The notes under the pieces were generated by a model that was not told the origin of the DNA, did not search any database, and saw only the letters and a program-made list of their open reading frames with translations. A DNA stretch of 64,000 nucleotides. Source: Candidatus Caccomonas pullistercoris (GTDB lineage Bacteria; Bacteroidota; Bacteroidia; Bacteroidales; Bacteroidaceae). How positions within the stretch are numbered: position 1 is the first letter of the stretch; every line of letters begins with the position of its first letter. The position numbers and the translations under genes were made by a program. Positions 9,751-20,500 of the stretch are shown one piece after another. The stretch spans positions 388 to 64,387 of the forward strand of contig DVNY01000176.1 in the NCBI GenBank assembly GCA_018714085.1, written 5' to 3'.

Positions 9751-9827
9751 TACCGCCGAGTTGGCCAACAGGCGTACCTCTTTCACGGTCGTCCCGCTCG
9801 CGAAAAAGCCTGGCGATGCAGGGCCGG

Positions 9828-9905
9828 CGGTCAGCCGTCCCGGAATTACTGAAGGAGTGACAGAAAATCCTGTCACTGCGACGGAAAATCCGGTCAGCCA
9901 ACTTG
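9828..9905. repeat. 21-bp-period palindromic repeat
   Basis: AGTGACAG-AAAATC-CTGTCACT at 9856-9877; GAAAATCC(T/G)GTCA at 9863 and 9884; TCAGCCGTCCCG and TCAGCCAACTTG shared with 53967-53999. Confidence 0.75.
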
Positions 9906-10058
9906 TTCGTGCGTTTCTTCCTGCCTGTGTTTTACATAGGATGGTCAAATTCTTATGCACATCGTGCGGACGTCCTGCGTGGTCGAGTTTCTGCATCTTC
10001 CTGTGCTTGCGATGAACGCAGATTTATTTATGCCTGATAGGGCAGTGCGAATGATATG

Positions 10059-10095
10059 AAAAGATCCCTGCTCCGCTTCGCGGAACAGGGATCTT
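10059..10095 (-). terminator. Intrinsic terminator of the RND operon
   Basis: AAGATCCCTG.TCCGC-TTC-GCGGA.CAGGGATCTT hairpin with a minus-strand T run, 28 nt after the TolC stop. Confidence 0.75.
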
Positions 10096-10122
10096 GCGTG
10101 AAGGCCCGCTTGTGCGGGTTTG

Positions 10123-11445
10123 TCATTCGAGGTAGCTGGTGATTTTTCCGCTGATTTGGAGCAGCGAGATTTCACAGACTTTTGTGTCGTATTCGGCGAT
10201 CAGCAGTCGCTCTTCGGCGTCGAGCAGGCTGTTTTGCGCTTCGCGTATTTCGATACCGGCCAAATCGCCGAGCAGGAATCGTTCGCGGGCAATGAGGTGG
10301 TTTTCTCGGGCCACGGTCAGGTTTTCCCGTTCAAGGCTGAGCAGGCGCAGGTTGTTGCAATAGGCTTGCCAGAGGTCCGCAAGCCGTGCGCGGAGCGATA
10401 TTTCTAGGTCGTTGCGTTCCCATTCGGCGTTTTCGAGTGCCAATTGAGCGTTGCGGCGTTCGCGTTTTCGGTTGCCGTCGAACAGGTTGAAGCCGATGGT
10501 TGCGCCGAAGTTGAGGCCGAGGTTGCCGCGGCTCGACGTTGTCCCGATTCCGTAGCGGTTGTGCGTGTATCCGTAGCCTGCGTTGAGCGTGACGTACGGG
10601 TAGTCGCGCGAGCGGACGGCCTTCAGGTCGATGGCGGCTATGCGCGTGTTGTGGTCGGCGTTGAGCAGTTCGCTGTTGCTGCGCAGCATGCCCGCCAGCA
10701 AGGAGTCGTAGCTCAATTCAGTGTCGATGTGAATGACAGTGTCGGGCACGAAAATGTGGCGGTCAATTTGGTTGGACGACATCAGCTCGTTGAGCCGGAT
10801 GCGTGAAGTGGCCAGTGCTTCAAGTTGTTTGAGGCACTGCGAGCTGTCGGCGTTGAAGTCCACGCCGGCCTGACGGTAGTCGAGGCGGGCCGCGCTACCG
10901 ATGATGTATCGTTCTTCCACGATGCGCAGGCGCTCTTTCGAGAGTTGCACGGCGGCGAGCAGGTTCTTGTAGCGGATCTCTTGTTGGATCAGGTTGAAGT
11001 ATTCGGCCGTGAGGTTGGCAATGTAGTCCTCGATGGCAACGCGCGTGGCAATGCGGCTTTGGCTTTGCAGTTCGCGCAGGCGCTGCATGTTGGTCTGGAT
11101 CTTGAACCCGTCGAAGAGGGTCCAGTCGGCTGTGATGCCGGCAGTGAACGTGTGGTCGAGCACGTTGCGGTCGTGTGTGGTCAGGCCGGTGCCGCGTTCC
11201 TTGGTCTTCGTGTTGTCCAGTGCTCCTGAGTATCCGGCGCTGAGGCTCACTGTGGGCAGTGCGCCGGCGTTGGCCAGCGTGTTGTTGTTTGCGGCGGTCT
11301 GCTCATCGTTACGCACGATTTTGAGCGAGTAACTGTTTTGCAGGCCTTCTTGCAGCAGCTCGCGCAACGAGTAGTTCTGCGCCGGCGCGGTGGCAGGGAG
11401 CATCGCCGCCGTCAAGAGGGCAAGTAGGAATTTTATGTACTTCAT
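10123..11445 (-). CDS. TolC family outer-membrane efflux protein
   Basis: Signal peptide, OEP repeats (LPTVSLSAG, WTLFDGF, NLFDG); last gene of an MFP-RND-OMF operon. Confidence 0.92.
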   Translation of the reverse strand: MKYIKFLLALLTAAMLPATAPAQNYSLRELLQEGLQNSYSLKIVRNDEQTAANNNTLANAGALPTVSLSAGYSGALDNTKTKERGTGLTTHDRNVLDHTFTAGITADWTLFDGFKIQTNMQRLRELQSQSRIATRVAIEDYIANLTAEYFNLIQQEIRYKNLLAAVQLSKERLRIVEERYIIGSAARLDYRQAGVDFNADSSQCLKQLEALATSRIRLNELMSSNQIDRHIFVPDTVIHIDTELSYDSLLAGMLRSNSELLNADHNTRIAAIDLKAVRSRDYPYVTLNAGYGYTHNRYGIGTTSSRGNLGLNFGATIGFNLFDGNRKRERRNAQLALENAEWERNDLEISLRARLADLWQAYCNNLRLLSLERENLTVARENHLIARERFLLGDLAGIEIREAQNSLLDAEERLLIAEYDTKVCEISLLQISGKITSYLE

Positions 11446-14400
11446 TTTTTTGTCGTTTTAACGGCCTTCTTAGCCAAGTCGGTGGAGAGGTAACTGTAAA
11501 TGGCCGGGACGATGAACAGCGTCAGGAACGTCGAAATGAGCATTCCGCCGACAACTGCGATGCCCATGGAGATACGCCCGTTGGCTCCTTCGCCGTTGGC
11601 GAAAACAAGGGGCAGCAGACCAAGGATCGTGGCGGCGCTTGTCATCAGGATCGGGCGCAGTCGTTGTGCTGCGGCGTCGCGGATGGCCTGGCCTTTCGGC
11701 TCGCCGTTCTTCTGTTTCTGATTGGCAAACTCAACGATTAGGATGCCGTTCTTGGCCACAAGTCCGATGAGCATGATGATGCCGATCTGGCTGAAGATGT
11801 TCATCGTCTGGTCGCTGCAAGCCATGAAGATGAGTGCGCCGCAGATGGCGAGGGGAACGGTGAGCATGATGACGAACGGATCTTTGAAACTCTCGAATTG
11901 CGCAGCCAGAATGAGGTAAATCAAGACAAGTGCCAGCGTGAAGGCAAAGAGCAGGCTCGACGCGCTTTCGCTGAACTCTTTTGAATCGCCTGCCAAGGCC
12001 GTGCGGAACGAGTCGTCGAGCGTGGCTTTGGCTATTTTGTCCATTTCTTCGATACCTTGTCCGATGGTTTTTCCTTCGGCCAATCCCGCCGAAACAGTAG
12101 CCGAGACGAAACGGTTGTAGCGGTAGAGCTTTGGCGGCGCAATGCCTTCCACGAGTTCCACGAGGTTGTCCATCTGGACCATTGTGCCGTCGTCGTTGCG
12201 CACGTAGAGCGACTTCAAGTGCATGGGCTTGTTGCGCTGCTGGCGGTTGATTTCCCCGACGATTTCATACTGCTTTCCGTTCAGGTAAAGGTAGCCCATG
12301 CGCTGTCCGCTGAGGCCGTATTGAAGGGTCTCGGCGATGTCCTGCGTGCTGACGCCCATGAGGTTGGCTTTGTCACGGTTGATGTGTATTCGGATTTCGG
12401 GATTGCTGAATTTGAGATCGACGTCGGCCATCTGGAATGTCGGGTTCTCGTACACTTGCGCCATGAACTTCGGCAGCACTTCTTCGAGCTTTTCGATGTT
12501 GGTGGCTTGCAGTACGTATTGCACAGGCATCGAGCCGCGTCGGCCGCCGAATGTGGATTGCTGTTGCACGAAAGAGCGGGCGTCGGTCTTGCTCTTGATG
12601 GCTTGTGAGAGGCGTTCGGCCACTTCCATCTGCGTGTAGTCGCGTTCGCTCAGGTCTTTCAGGGTGATTTGTATGTTGCCCGAGCCGTCCGACACGCGGG
12701 CCGTAATGAAGTCGGCGTCGGGGACGATGGAGTCGGCCAGGCGGTTGATGCTCTCAGTGTAGTCGCGCATGTATTCATACGTCGATCCCTCGGGGCCGGT
12801 GGTGCGGATGGTGATGCTCGACCGGTCTTCGAGCGGGGCCATCTCGCTGGGTATTTTGTTCCACAGCCAGACGATGAGCCCAAGAGCGACGACCATGATA
12901 CCGATCGACCAGCTACGGTGGCGCAGGAAGAGGTCGAGGCCTTTTGCATACCAGTGGTTCATGCCCGCGAAGAAAGGTTCGGTCTTTCGATAGAACCAAC
13001 TCTGCTTGTCTCTGTGTATCAGTAACTTGGTGGCCAGCATAGGCGTGAACGTAAGGGCTGCGAAGGCTGATATGATCACAGAACCGGCGACGACGAAACT
13101 GAACTCACGGAAGAGGCGCCCTGTGGTGCCCTCCATGAACACAATGGGGAAGAACACGGACACGAGGGTGATGGTCGTCGAAACGACGGCAAAGAAAATT
13201 TCTTTTGAACCCTCAATGCCGGCCTCTTTGGGGGGCATTCCTTCCTCAATTTTGATGTAGATGTTCTCTGTCATAACGATGGCGTCGTCCACCACCAGTC
13301 CGACAGCCAGCACGATGGCCAGCATCGAAAGCACATTGATCGAGAATCCCGCGACATACATGACGAAGAAAGCGCCGATCAGTGAGACCGGAATAACGAT
13401 GCAGGGCACAAGTGTCACGCGCCAGTCGCGCAGGAAGAGGAAGATGATGATGATCACGAGCACGAAGGCTTCATAGACGGTGTCTTTGACTTCGTTGATC
13501 GAAGCGCGGATGAACTTTGTGTTGTCGAATCCATAGCTGTACTGGACATCAGACGGAAGGTCTTTCTTCATCTGTTCCATGCGTTGGTAGACCGCCTCGG
13601 CAATGTTGATGTGGTTGGCGCCCGGTTGTGGTATGACGACAACGCCTACCATGGGAACGCCGTTCATCTTCATGTAGCTTTTGAGGTCACGGGCGCTCAG
13701 TTCGGCACGTCCGATGTCGCTGAAACGGATGATGCGTCCGTCAACTTCCTTGATAACCAGGTTGTTGAATTCTTCGGTTGTGTGCATCTGTCCTAACGTT
13801 CGGATTGTCAGTTCGACCGTGTTGCCCTCGATGCTTCCTGAGGGCAGTTCGACGTTTTCACGGTCGAGGGCTTGTTTCACGTCAAGTGGGGTGATGCCGT
13901 ATCCGGACATACGGACCGGATCGAGCCAGAGGCGCATACAATAGCGTTTCTCGCCCCAAATCGAGACGCTGCTGACTTCGGGGATGGTTTGCAGCTGTTC
14001 CTTGACAGTGAGGTCCGCTATCTCGCTGAGTTCCAACAGTGAACGCTTGTCGCTCTGGATGGCGACCATCAGGATGGGTTGGGCGTCAGCGTCAGCCTTA
14101 GACACCGTCGGGGGGTCACAGTCGCGCGGCAAGTTGCGTTGGGCGCGCGACACCTTGTCACGGACGTCGTTGGCCGCTGTTTCGAGGTCTACGGAGAGCT
14201 CGAATTCCACAGTGATGCGGCTTTGTCCTTGCTGGCTCACGCTGGTCAGTGAGCGGATGCCGGGAATGCCGTTGATGTTCTGTTCGAGCGGTTCGGTGAT
14301 TTGGTTTTCAATCACGTCGGCATTGGCTCCCGGATAGGAGCATGTGACGGAGATGATGGGGTTGTCGACCGAGGGGTACTCCCTGACGCCGAGGCTCAAA

Positions 14401-14486
14401 TAGCCGATGGCGCCGAAGAGCAGGATGATTAGGGTCAACACGGTCGCCAGGACGGGGCGCCGGATGCTTAGTTCGGATATGTTCAT
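11442..14486 (-). CDS. RND efflux transporter permease (AcrB/AcrD/AcrF family)
   Basis: 1014 aa; SIRRPVLA, GLVVDDAIV, KNGILIVEFA, RLRPILMT. Confidence 0.96.
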   Translation of the reverse strand: MNISELSIRRPVLATVLTLIILLFGAIGYLSLGVREYPSVDNPIISVTCSYPGANADVIENQITEPLEQNINGIPGIRSLTSVSQQGQSRITVEFELSVDLETAANDVRDKVSRAQRNLPRDCDPPTVSKADADAQPILMVAIQSDKRSLLELSEIADLTVKEQLQTIPEVSSVSIWGEKRYCMRLWLDPVRMSGYGITPLDVKQALDRENVELPSGSIEGNTVELTIRTLGQMHTTEEFNNLVIKEVDGRIIRFSDIGRAELSARDLKSYMKMNGVPMVGVVVIPQPGANHINIAEAVYQRMEQMKKDLPSDVQYSYGFDNTKFIRASINEVKDTVYEAFVLVIIIIFLFLRDWRVTLVPCIVIPVSLIGAFFVMYVAGFSINVLSMLAIVLAVGLVVDDAIVMTENIYIKIEEGMPPKEAGIEGSKEIFFAVVSTTITLVSVFFPIVFMEGTTGRLFREFSFVVAGSVIISAFAALTFTPMLATKLLIHRDKQSWFYRKTEPFFAGMNHWYAKGLDLFLRHRSWSIGIMVVALGLIVWLWNKIPSEMAPLEDRSSITIRTTGPEGSTYEYMRDYTESINRLADSIVPDADFITARVSDGSGNIQITLKDLSERDYTQMEVAERLSQAIKSKTDARSFVQQQSTFGGRRGSMPVQYVLQATNIEKLEEVLPKFMAQVYENPTFQMADVDLKFSNPEIRIHINRDKANLMGVSTQDIAETLQYGLSGQRMGYLYLNGKQYEIVGEINRQQRNKPMHLKSLYVRNDDGTMVQMDNLVELVEGIAPPKLYRYNRFVSATVSAGLAEGKTIGQGIEEMDKIAKATLDDSFRTALAGDSKEFSESASSLLFAFTLALVLIYLILAAQFESFKDPFVIMLTVPLAICGALIFMACSDQTMNIFSQIGIIMLIGLVAKNGILIVEFANQKQKNGEPKGQAIRDAAAQRLRPILMTSAATILGLLPLVFANGEGANGRISMGIAVVGGMLISTFLTLFIVPAIYSYLSTDLAKKAVKTTKK

Positions 14487-14504
14487 ACGTCGTGGCTTTC
14501 AGGG

Positions 14505-15581
14505 TTAATCAACGCTGTCCAGCGTGACGCGCTGGCCGGTGCGCAGCTGCATCGTTCCGCTGACAATGACCGTATCTCCGGGTTCTATCCCTTTGAGTAC
14601 CTGTACTTTCGATTCGGTGCGGAGGCCTTTGATGATTTTGGCGGGCTGAGCCACGCCTCCTTTGTAGAGGAACACTTTGTCTACGCCCATTTCTGACACG
14701 ATTGCTTCGCTCGGAACTGCCAAAGCGTTCTTATATTCTTGTGCGTTGAGCGAGACGTTGACGAAGCGTCCCGGCATGAGTTTGCCGTCGCTGTTGGCGT
14801 AGAGCGCGCGGATGGTGTAAGTGTGGGTCTCCTGGTCTACGCGAGAGTCCGTCGCGTAGATTTTGGCGGCCAGGGTGTTCATTTGCCCTTCAACCGTGAA
14901 GTGAAGGGTGGCTCCCGGTTTGAGCACGCCTGCATATCGTTCAGGGACAGCAAATTCCAGTTTCAAGGGCTTGATCTTGGTCAGTGTGGCGACGATGGTG
15001 CTCGGTGAGGCATAGGCACCGGTGCTGACCTGACGCAGACCGATGATTCCGTCGAAAGGAGCACGGAGTTCCGTTTGGGCGATGTTGGCTTTGATTTGGT
15101 CGATTTCCGCGCGCAGCATGGCCAGGTTGGTTTGGGCTTCCTGCAAGGCTTCGCGGCTGACGGCTTCTTTGGCCAACAGGGCGTTTTGGCGGAATACACG
15201 GTCGCTGGCCAGCCGTAACTGCGATTCGAGGCGGCGCAACTCAGCTTGCAGCGGGGCGTCGTTCACTTTGGCAAGGAGCTGTCCTTCATGCACGGTCGCT
15301 CCTTCCTTGAAGTGTATGCCTGTGATTTTACCCGACGTCTCGAACGAGAGTTGCACCTCTTCGTCCGGCAACAGGTTTCCGCTGACTGAAAGGCCGTCTG
15401 TGAGGGTTTGACGTTTGACGGTGACAGCCCTTACGTTCAGAATGTTACTCTTTTTTTCTTTCTTTGTTTCCTCGTTGGCGGACAGCTCTTTGTTCTCGTG
15501 CGGCACGAATGTGTGGATGCCTAATCCTGTCAGACCGACCACGATCACTCCGACTATTCCCCATTTGATGTATTTGTTCAT
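14505..15581 (-). CDS. RND efflux periplasmic adaptor (MFP) subunit
   Basis: N-terminal membrane anchor, SGKITGIHFKEG, RAPFDGIIG, LMPGRFV. Confidence 0.94.
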   Translation of the reverse strand: MNKYIKWGIVGVIVVGLTGLGIHTFVPHENKELSANEETKKEKKSNILNVRAVTVKRQTLTDGLSVSGNLLPDEEVQLSFETSGKITGIHFKEGATVHEGQLLAKVNDAPLQAELRRLESQLRLASDRVFRQNALLAKEAVSREALQEAQTNLAMLRAEIDQIKANIAQTELRAPFDGIIGLRQVSTGAYASPSTIVATLTKIKPLKLEFAVPERYAGVLKPGATLHFTVEGQMNTLAAKIYATDSRVDQETHTYTIRALYANSDGKLMPGRFVNVSLNAQEYKNALAVPSEAIVSEMGVDKVFLYKGGVAQPAKIIKGLRTESKVQVLKGIEPGDTVIVSGTMQLRTGQRVTLDSVD

Positions 15582-15900
15582 ACGGATTTTGATTAAGTTT
15601 TACCAATTTAGACGTAAAAGTATAAAAAGGATTAATAGGTGATGCACTTTAAATGCTCAAAATTGCTGAAAAAAATGTAAGAAATACGGAATGGCTTGCA
15701 GGGCAGCCCCTTATGTGCGACGCTTCTCTTTTTATGTCCCGCGTTGGAGCAGGAAAATGGGGGACACTGTCCGTTGAAAATGAGGGTGATTGAGGGAGTA
15801 GGCCGTGGGCTCATGTGGGCATGATGGGACATAACGATAATCGCGGTTGGGCTTGCAGTTTGGGCGCCATGTTATCCGGTGGTTGTCGCCCGCCTGCATC

Positions 15901-15949
15901 GAAATCCTGTCAGCCGGACAGGAATTTCTGTCCGGCTGACAGAAATTTC
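15901..15949. repeat. 21-bp-period palindromic repeat
   Basis: 15-bp perfect arms CTGTCAGCCGGACAG-GAATTT-CTGTCCGGCTGACAG (15907-15942). Confidence 0.8.
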
Positions 15950-16066
15950 GGAAACTGCGACTGTTTTTTCTCCCTACCGGCCGTGAGTCGTGGTTGGCAT
16001 TCGGCTTGTCGTGGACGGGTGTCTGCGCTTTTAGCCTGCACGGACGTTTCCCGTTGTCAGGGTTAT

Positions 16067-16264
16067 GCGCTTTCCGTTCGTTTGCACTATTTTTTCAGAA
16101 GTATAGGCTGCACTCGGGAAAGCCCTAGTGAAAATCCTTCGGTTTTTCCCGTGCTTTCCGCTCGTTTGCACTATCTTTTCAGAAGTATAGGCTGCACTCG
16201 GGAAAGCCCTTGTGAAAATCCTTCGGTTTTTCCCGCGCTTTCCGCTCGTTTGCACTATCTTTGC
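16067..16264 (+). repeat. Tandem array (about 2.3 units, period 84 bp) of the promoter-associated element, subfamily B
   Basis: Units start at 16067, 16151 and 16235 (G[CT]GCTTTCCG[TC]TCGTTTGCACTAT); last unit ends in TATCTTTG (16256-16263). Confidence 0.93.
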
Positions 16265-16283
16265 CCGCGTTTTCGGTAAAAAG

Positions 16284-17243
16284 ATGGAGACAGACACACA
16301 TTATTATATATATACAGGCTTGGACGCATTCCTCGGCTCCCGTTTCGGTGGAAAAGTCCAGAAGTTGTCTGTCAACGCAGGCACAACGTGCCCCAACCGG
16401 GACGGGACGCTTGGCCGGGGAGGTTGCACGTATTGTAACAACAGGACCTTTAATCCGGACTATTGCGCGACAACCGCCGACATCCGCAAGCAATTGGAAG
16501 AGGGCAAACGCTTTTTTGGTCGGAAATATCCGCAGATGAAATACCTTGCGTATTTCCAAGCCTACACCAATACATATGGCGACGCAGCCCGGTTGCGACG
16601 CATGTACGAGGAGGCCCTCGCCGTCGATGGCGTGGTAGGCCTCGTCGTGGGCACACGCCCTGATTGCGTGACCGCTGAGTGGCTGGATTATTTCGAACGC
16701 CTTTCGCGCGAAACGTTCGTCTGGATTGAATACGGCATCGAGAGTGTGTACGACCGCACCTTGCGGCGAGTGAATCGGGGGCATGATTTTGCCGCAACCC
16801 GTTGGGCCGTGGAGGAAACGGCGGCGCGAGGCATCCCGGTTGGCGGACATCTCATCTTGGGCCTGCCCGGCGAATCCTTCAAAGAGATGGTCGACGAAGC
16901 GGCCATTTTGTCGCGTTTGCCGCTTGACACGTTGAAGCTTCATCAGTTGCAGGTCATCCGCGGCACACGTATGGCGCGTGAATATGCAGAGAGGCCGGAG
17001 CAGTTCCACCTGATGACAGTCGATCGCTATCTTGCACTCGTGTCCGCGTTCTTGCAGCGGTTGCGGCCCGGCATAGCTGTCGAACGTTTCGTTTCGCAGT
17101 CGCCGCCCTCTTTGTTGGTGGCTCCGGCGTGGGGCATCAAGAACTATGAGTTTGTGGAATTGCTGAAAAAACACATGCACGCAGAAGGCGTTTTCCAAGG
17201 CCAGCTTTATGTTCCGGATAAAGAGCGTACAGACGCCCCGTAG
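16284..17243 (+). CDS. TIGR01212 (YhcC-like) radical SAM protein
   Basis: CPNRDGTLGRGGCTYC, YFQAYTNTY, GTRPDC, HLILGLPGE, KLHQL; start moved to ATG 16284, downstream of the repeat and -7 box. Confidence 0.92.
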   Translation: METDTHYYIYTGLDAFLGSRFGGKVQKLSVNAGTTCPNRDGTLGRGGCTYCNNRTFNPDYCATTADIRKQLEEGKRFFGRKYPQMKYLAYFQAYTNTYGDAARLRRMYEEALAVDGVVGLVVGTRPDCVTAEWLDYFERLSRETFVWIEYGIESVYDRTLRRVNRGHDFAATRWAVEETAARGIPVGGHLILGLPGESFKEMVDEAAILSRLPLDTLKLHQLQVIRGTRMAREYAERPEQFHLMTVDRYLALVSAFLQRLRPGIAVERFVSQSPPSLLVAPAWGIKNYEFVELLKKHMHAEGVFQGQLYVPDKERTDAP

Positions 17244-17428
17244 CCGGTGGCGGGCCCGGGCGTCGTGACTGGAGCAAAGGTTCGGAGTGTCGTGCTGCTT
17301 GTTAACGGCCTGTCGCGGCATCCTGGCGGAGACCTGCTATTTAACATATTACCACGAGTGATTATTAAAAAAGCTTAACGGTGATAAAGTTGACTGTGGT
17401 TTTCGCAAGTAAGCAAATAAAAAACTAT

Positions 17429-17436
17429 TAATTTTG
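17429..17436 (+). promoter_or_regulatory. -7 promoter box of the SusC/SusD locus
   Basis: TAATTTTG in an AT-rich stretch about 80 nt upstream of the first gene. Confidence 0.65.
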
Positions 17437-17516
17437 CCTCAATCAAGAGGTGTGTACAAATGCACAGACGTAGAGTTAAACGAATAAATAATATAACTAT
17501 AATTGAATTAATGCGT

Positions 17517-20500
17517 ATGAAAAACCGTTTATGCAAAATGGGCCAGACGCTCCTCGGGGCGGCCTGTCTGCTCACGACTTGCGGGTTAACGTACTCTTGT
17601 TCAGATGATTACGATCTTCCGGATACCACTCCGGATTTTCTGGGCGCGAGTATCTACGACGAGTTGAAGAATCGCGGAAATTTCACGACGATGGTGCGCT
17701 TGATCGACGACTTGGGGCAGCGCGACGTGCTCTCCAAGACGGGTAGCAAGACCCTCTTCGTGGCTGACGACCAAGCTTTCGCTGCATTCTTTGCAAACCC
17801 GATTTGGACCACAGGGACTGGCGAACCGGTTAAAAGCTACGAACAGTTGAGCAGTGCGCAAAAGCGTTTGCTCTTCAATGGCTGTATGCTGGACAATGCC
17901 TACCTGTTGGAGATGATGCCCAATTTGGGTGGAACGGGCGGAATTACGAAAAACACGTGTCTCCGTCAAGTGACGTCGGCTGCCAATACCGACTCTATCT
18001 CTTTGATGAATTCTTTGGACCTGCCTCGCTCTTACAATACGACGGAGCGCGACTACTGGGCTCGCTATAACAACTTGCCCGGGTTCAAGATGTGGCTGGC
18101 TACAGACAACACCACGCCGATGATGACGCACTTCATGCTCGCACAGATGAACATGACTGGCATCACCACCGACGACGTGTCGTTCATCCTTGGCCTGCCC
18201 GACAGCTTGAAATGGAATGAGGGCGCCCGACGCAATTATATATATAATGCGCAGGTGTTGAGCGGACGTGATGAACAGGACCGCTACCAGAGCGACGTGA
18301 CCTGCTTGAACGGATACTTCAATGTGCTCGACCGCGTGATGCTGACGCCGTCCAACATGGCCGAGGAAATCCGCAAGAATCCCGAGACAAGCTATTTCAG
18401 CCACATGCTCGACCGTTTCAGTGCTCCTTATCCCGACATGTCGCTGACTACGGCGTTCCGCGCGTTGAATGCCAATGTGGGCGAAGGTGATACGGTGTTT
18501 GTGAAACGTTACATCTCCATGTCGTCGCAGGGCGCCGAACTCCGGACGGATCCGGATGGCAATACGGTGAACGACGCCGACGGTGTGCTGTCTTACGATC
18601 CGGGATGGAACCTGTATAGGGCCGAGAATAGTTCGGCTGAGACGGATATGGCTGCCATGTTCGTGCCGAACAATGAGGCAATGTACCACTTCTTCCACGA
18701 GGGACAGGGACGTCCGTTCATTGAACGTTACAGTTCTATGGACCTCTTGGAAACAGGAAACCCCGAAGACTTCTTGCGCGCCATCGACCAGATTCCTAAA
18801 AACCGTGTGCAGCCGCTCGTCAACAACTTGATGAAAGCTTCTTTCAACGCCTCGGTTCCGAGCAAGTTCCGCACGATTATGAACGACGCGCGCGACCCGA
18901 TGTTCTCGGCTTTCACGCCCGAGACCTATCGCGAGCTCATCGATACGTGTATGTTGGCCAATAACGGTGTGGTTTATGTGATGAATCAGGTCGTTGCGCC
19001 TGCCACATACGCTTCCGTGGCCGGTCCGGCTCTGTTGAGTGACCAGTCGCAGATCATTAACGCCGTTATCACGGCTGATGACAATAATATAACGAGTAGT
19101 TCTTATCAGGGCGCACCCTTGAAGCAGTATTTCAGCACTTACCTCAAGGCCATGCAGTCTCACTTCTCGTTCTTTATTCCTTCGGACGAATCTCTCGGCA
19201 CTTATGGTTATGTCGACCCGGCTGCGTATCCCCTTCCCAATTCTCGCCGTTACTGGCGTTTCTTCTATGACGACGTGACGTCCGATGCGGTGATTCCTAT
19301 CCGTGCCGTGGCTTACACGTTCGATGCAACGACCGGTCAGACCGAGAACGATGCTGCTATCGCTCGTGCTGAATCCGCAGCGAACGACGACCTGAGCTCA
19401 AAAAACGCCCAAGCGGCGAACGGTACTGGTGGTTTCGGTGCCACGAAGCGCAATCTGCTGATCGAGATGGTGAACCAGCACATTGTCGTGCACAGCGGTT
19501 CTCAGGCTGAGGACGGAATCAATGGTGACGCCAACTATTACCTCTCGCGCAGTGGCTCTCCGATCCATGTGATCTCCAAGGGTGAGTATCCCGTTGTCGA
19601 AGGTGGTTTGCAGCGCATGTTGAACAGCAGCAGCGACTATACGGGTGAAAAACTGCAGTGTAACGTGATCGAAACCTTCGATCAGACCGGTCGTGGCGAA
19701 GATGGTTCAGACGGTTATGGTAACGGTATGACCTACATCCTCGACCGTCCGATTCAGTCGACCATGCAGAACACGTATTCCGCCATCAGCGCCAACAGCA
19801 ATTACAGCGACTTCCTTCAAGAGGCTTTCAACATTTATGATGCCGACATGCTCCGTATGGCAGGTATCGTCGACAGCGTGGACGAAGACGATCAGGAAAA
19901 TGAATTGAATAAGTATCGTATCTTCGAACAGAATGAGTTGAGTGAACAAGTTGTAGCTTTCTTCAACAACTTCCGCTATACCGTTTATCTCCCGACGAAT
20001 GCCGCCATGGCGCAGGCTCGTGAGGAAGGACTTCCGACCTATGCCGATATTTCCGACTTCGTGACGAATAATTGTGATCCTGCGATCGTTACGGATTCGC
20101 TTACGCTCGTGACGAACAAGACAAAAGCGAAAGCCATGATTACCTGCTTGGTGAACTTCTTGAAGTATCACTTTATGGACGAGTCTGTCTTCTTCGATAG
20201 TGGCTCCAACTTGGAAGCCGCCAACTACGAGACTTCTTGCATCAACAGCGATGCAAATATATATCTTAAGATAAAAGTATCGCAGAATGCTTCGGAAGGA
20301 ATGGTTATCACGGACAACCGTGGAGTGAAACACGGTGTAAATCCCAGCATGGCTAACCTCTTTACCCGCGACAACAAGGATATCCAAGGACCGGCTCCGT
20401 CCACAGTCAATCGTTATCCGAAATATGTGGGTTCGACGTCTTATGCCGTTCTGCACGAACTGGCCGATACGGGCAACGAAAACGACAAAGGTTTCCTCTA

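Noticed and set aside
9593-9901. Long N-terminal extensions in the ORF track (flippase, DUF4153, TPM, aroE, ubiE, purC, fmt, ClC, tsaC)
   Set aside because: They run through repeats, promoter boxes or neighbouring genes; downstream ATGs fit the family N-termini better.
15732-15834. 9-bp inverted repeat TTATGTCCC/GGGACATAA as an invertible promoter
   Set aside because: Short enough to arise by chance, no promoter box between the arms, and no recombinase nearby.
16067-16264. 84-bp tandem units as a CRISPR array
   Set aside because: Whole units are near-identical; there are no unique spacers.
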